In this document: positions 63,921 through 64,000 of the stretch, piece by piece
How the letters are laid out: each line of letters starts with the position of its first letter
Numbering within the stretch: position 1 is the first letter of the stretch
DNA from: Lama guanicoe
Lineage: Eukaryota
Assembly (NCBI GenBank): GCA_013239625.1
Contig: MU054049.1
Location: forward strand, 881,015 to 945,014
Direction: 5' to 3'
Length of the DNA stretch: 64,000 nucleotides
Notes under the pieces: model-generated
Seen by the model: only the letters and a program-made list of their open reading frames with translations
Databases searched by the model: none
Told to the model about the DNA's origin: nothing
Made by a program: the position numbers and the translations under genes

Positions 63921-64000
63921 CCAGGTGCTAGGCATTTTTTCCTTTAAAAATTTTAAAAAACTTTCCGTTTTTTTAATTGAGGTGAAATTCACAGAGCATA

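Noticed and set aside
1..64000. CRISPR arrays, prokaryotic operons, or a nested second protein-coding gene
   Set aside because: Eukaryotic intron-exon sequence with no repeat-spacer array; no long ORF with recognisable domains other than WDFY4 exons and L1 remnants

Overview
Mammalian genomic DNA, most likely a camelid, inferred from six copies of a very short tRNA-Ala-derived SINE (vic-1-like) and a recurring young L1 3' end. The window holds the 5' part of WDFY4 (BEACH/WD40 family, needed for cDC1 cross-presentation and expressed in B cells) on the + strand. Eleven coding exons run from the ATG at 16780 to 50767. All have AG/GT borders and consistent phases, and they join into 2459 nt (819 codons + 2 nt) without stops. 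The next exon lies beyond the window, and the non-coding first exon could not be placed with confidence. The rest is intronic: L1 fragments of several ages (including a ~10 kb nested antisense L1 block at ~52200-62250 with a 184-N gap), MIR, L2, MaLR/ERV LTRs, hAT and Tigger MITEs and microsatellites. Most of the supplied ORF track is spurious. I see no convincing novel protein-coding system. The best leads are regulatory or RNA-level: an orphan CpG-rich promoter-like element just after the last exon (NRF1, YY1, NF-Y, GC boxes, AP-1, G4), a perfect PU.1-IRF composite site, inverted SINE pairs around in-frame-skippable exons, a NAGNAG acceptor, a 104-bp tandem duplication and a repeat-poor intronic block with paired-homeodomain palindromes. 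Repeat family names come from recalled consensus similarity and boundaries are approximate unless TSDs are given.
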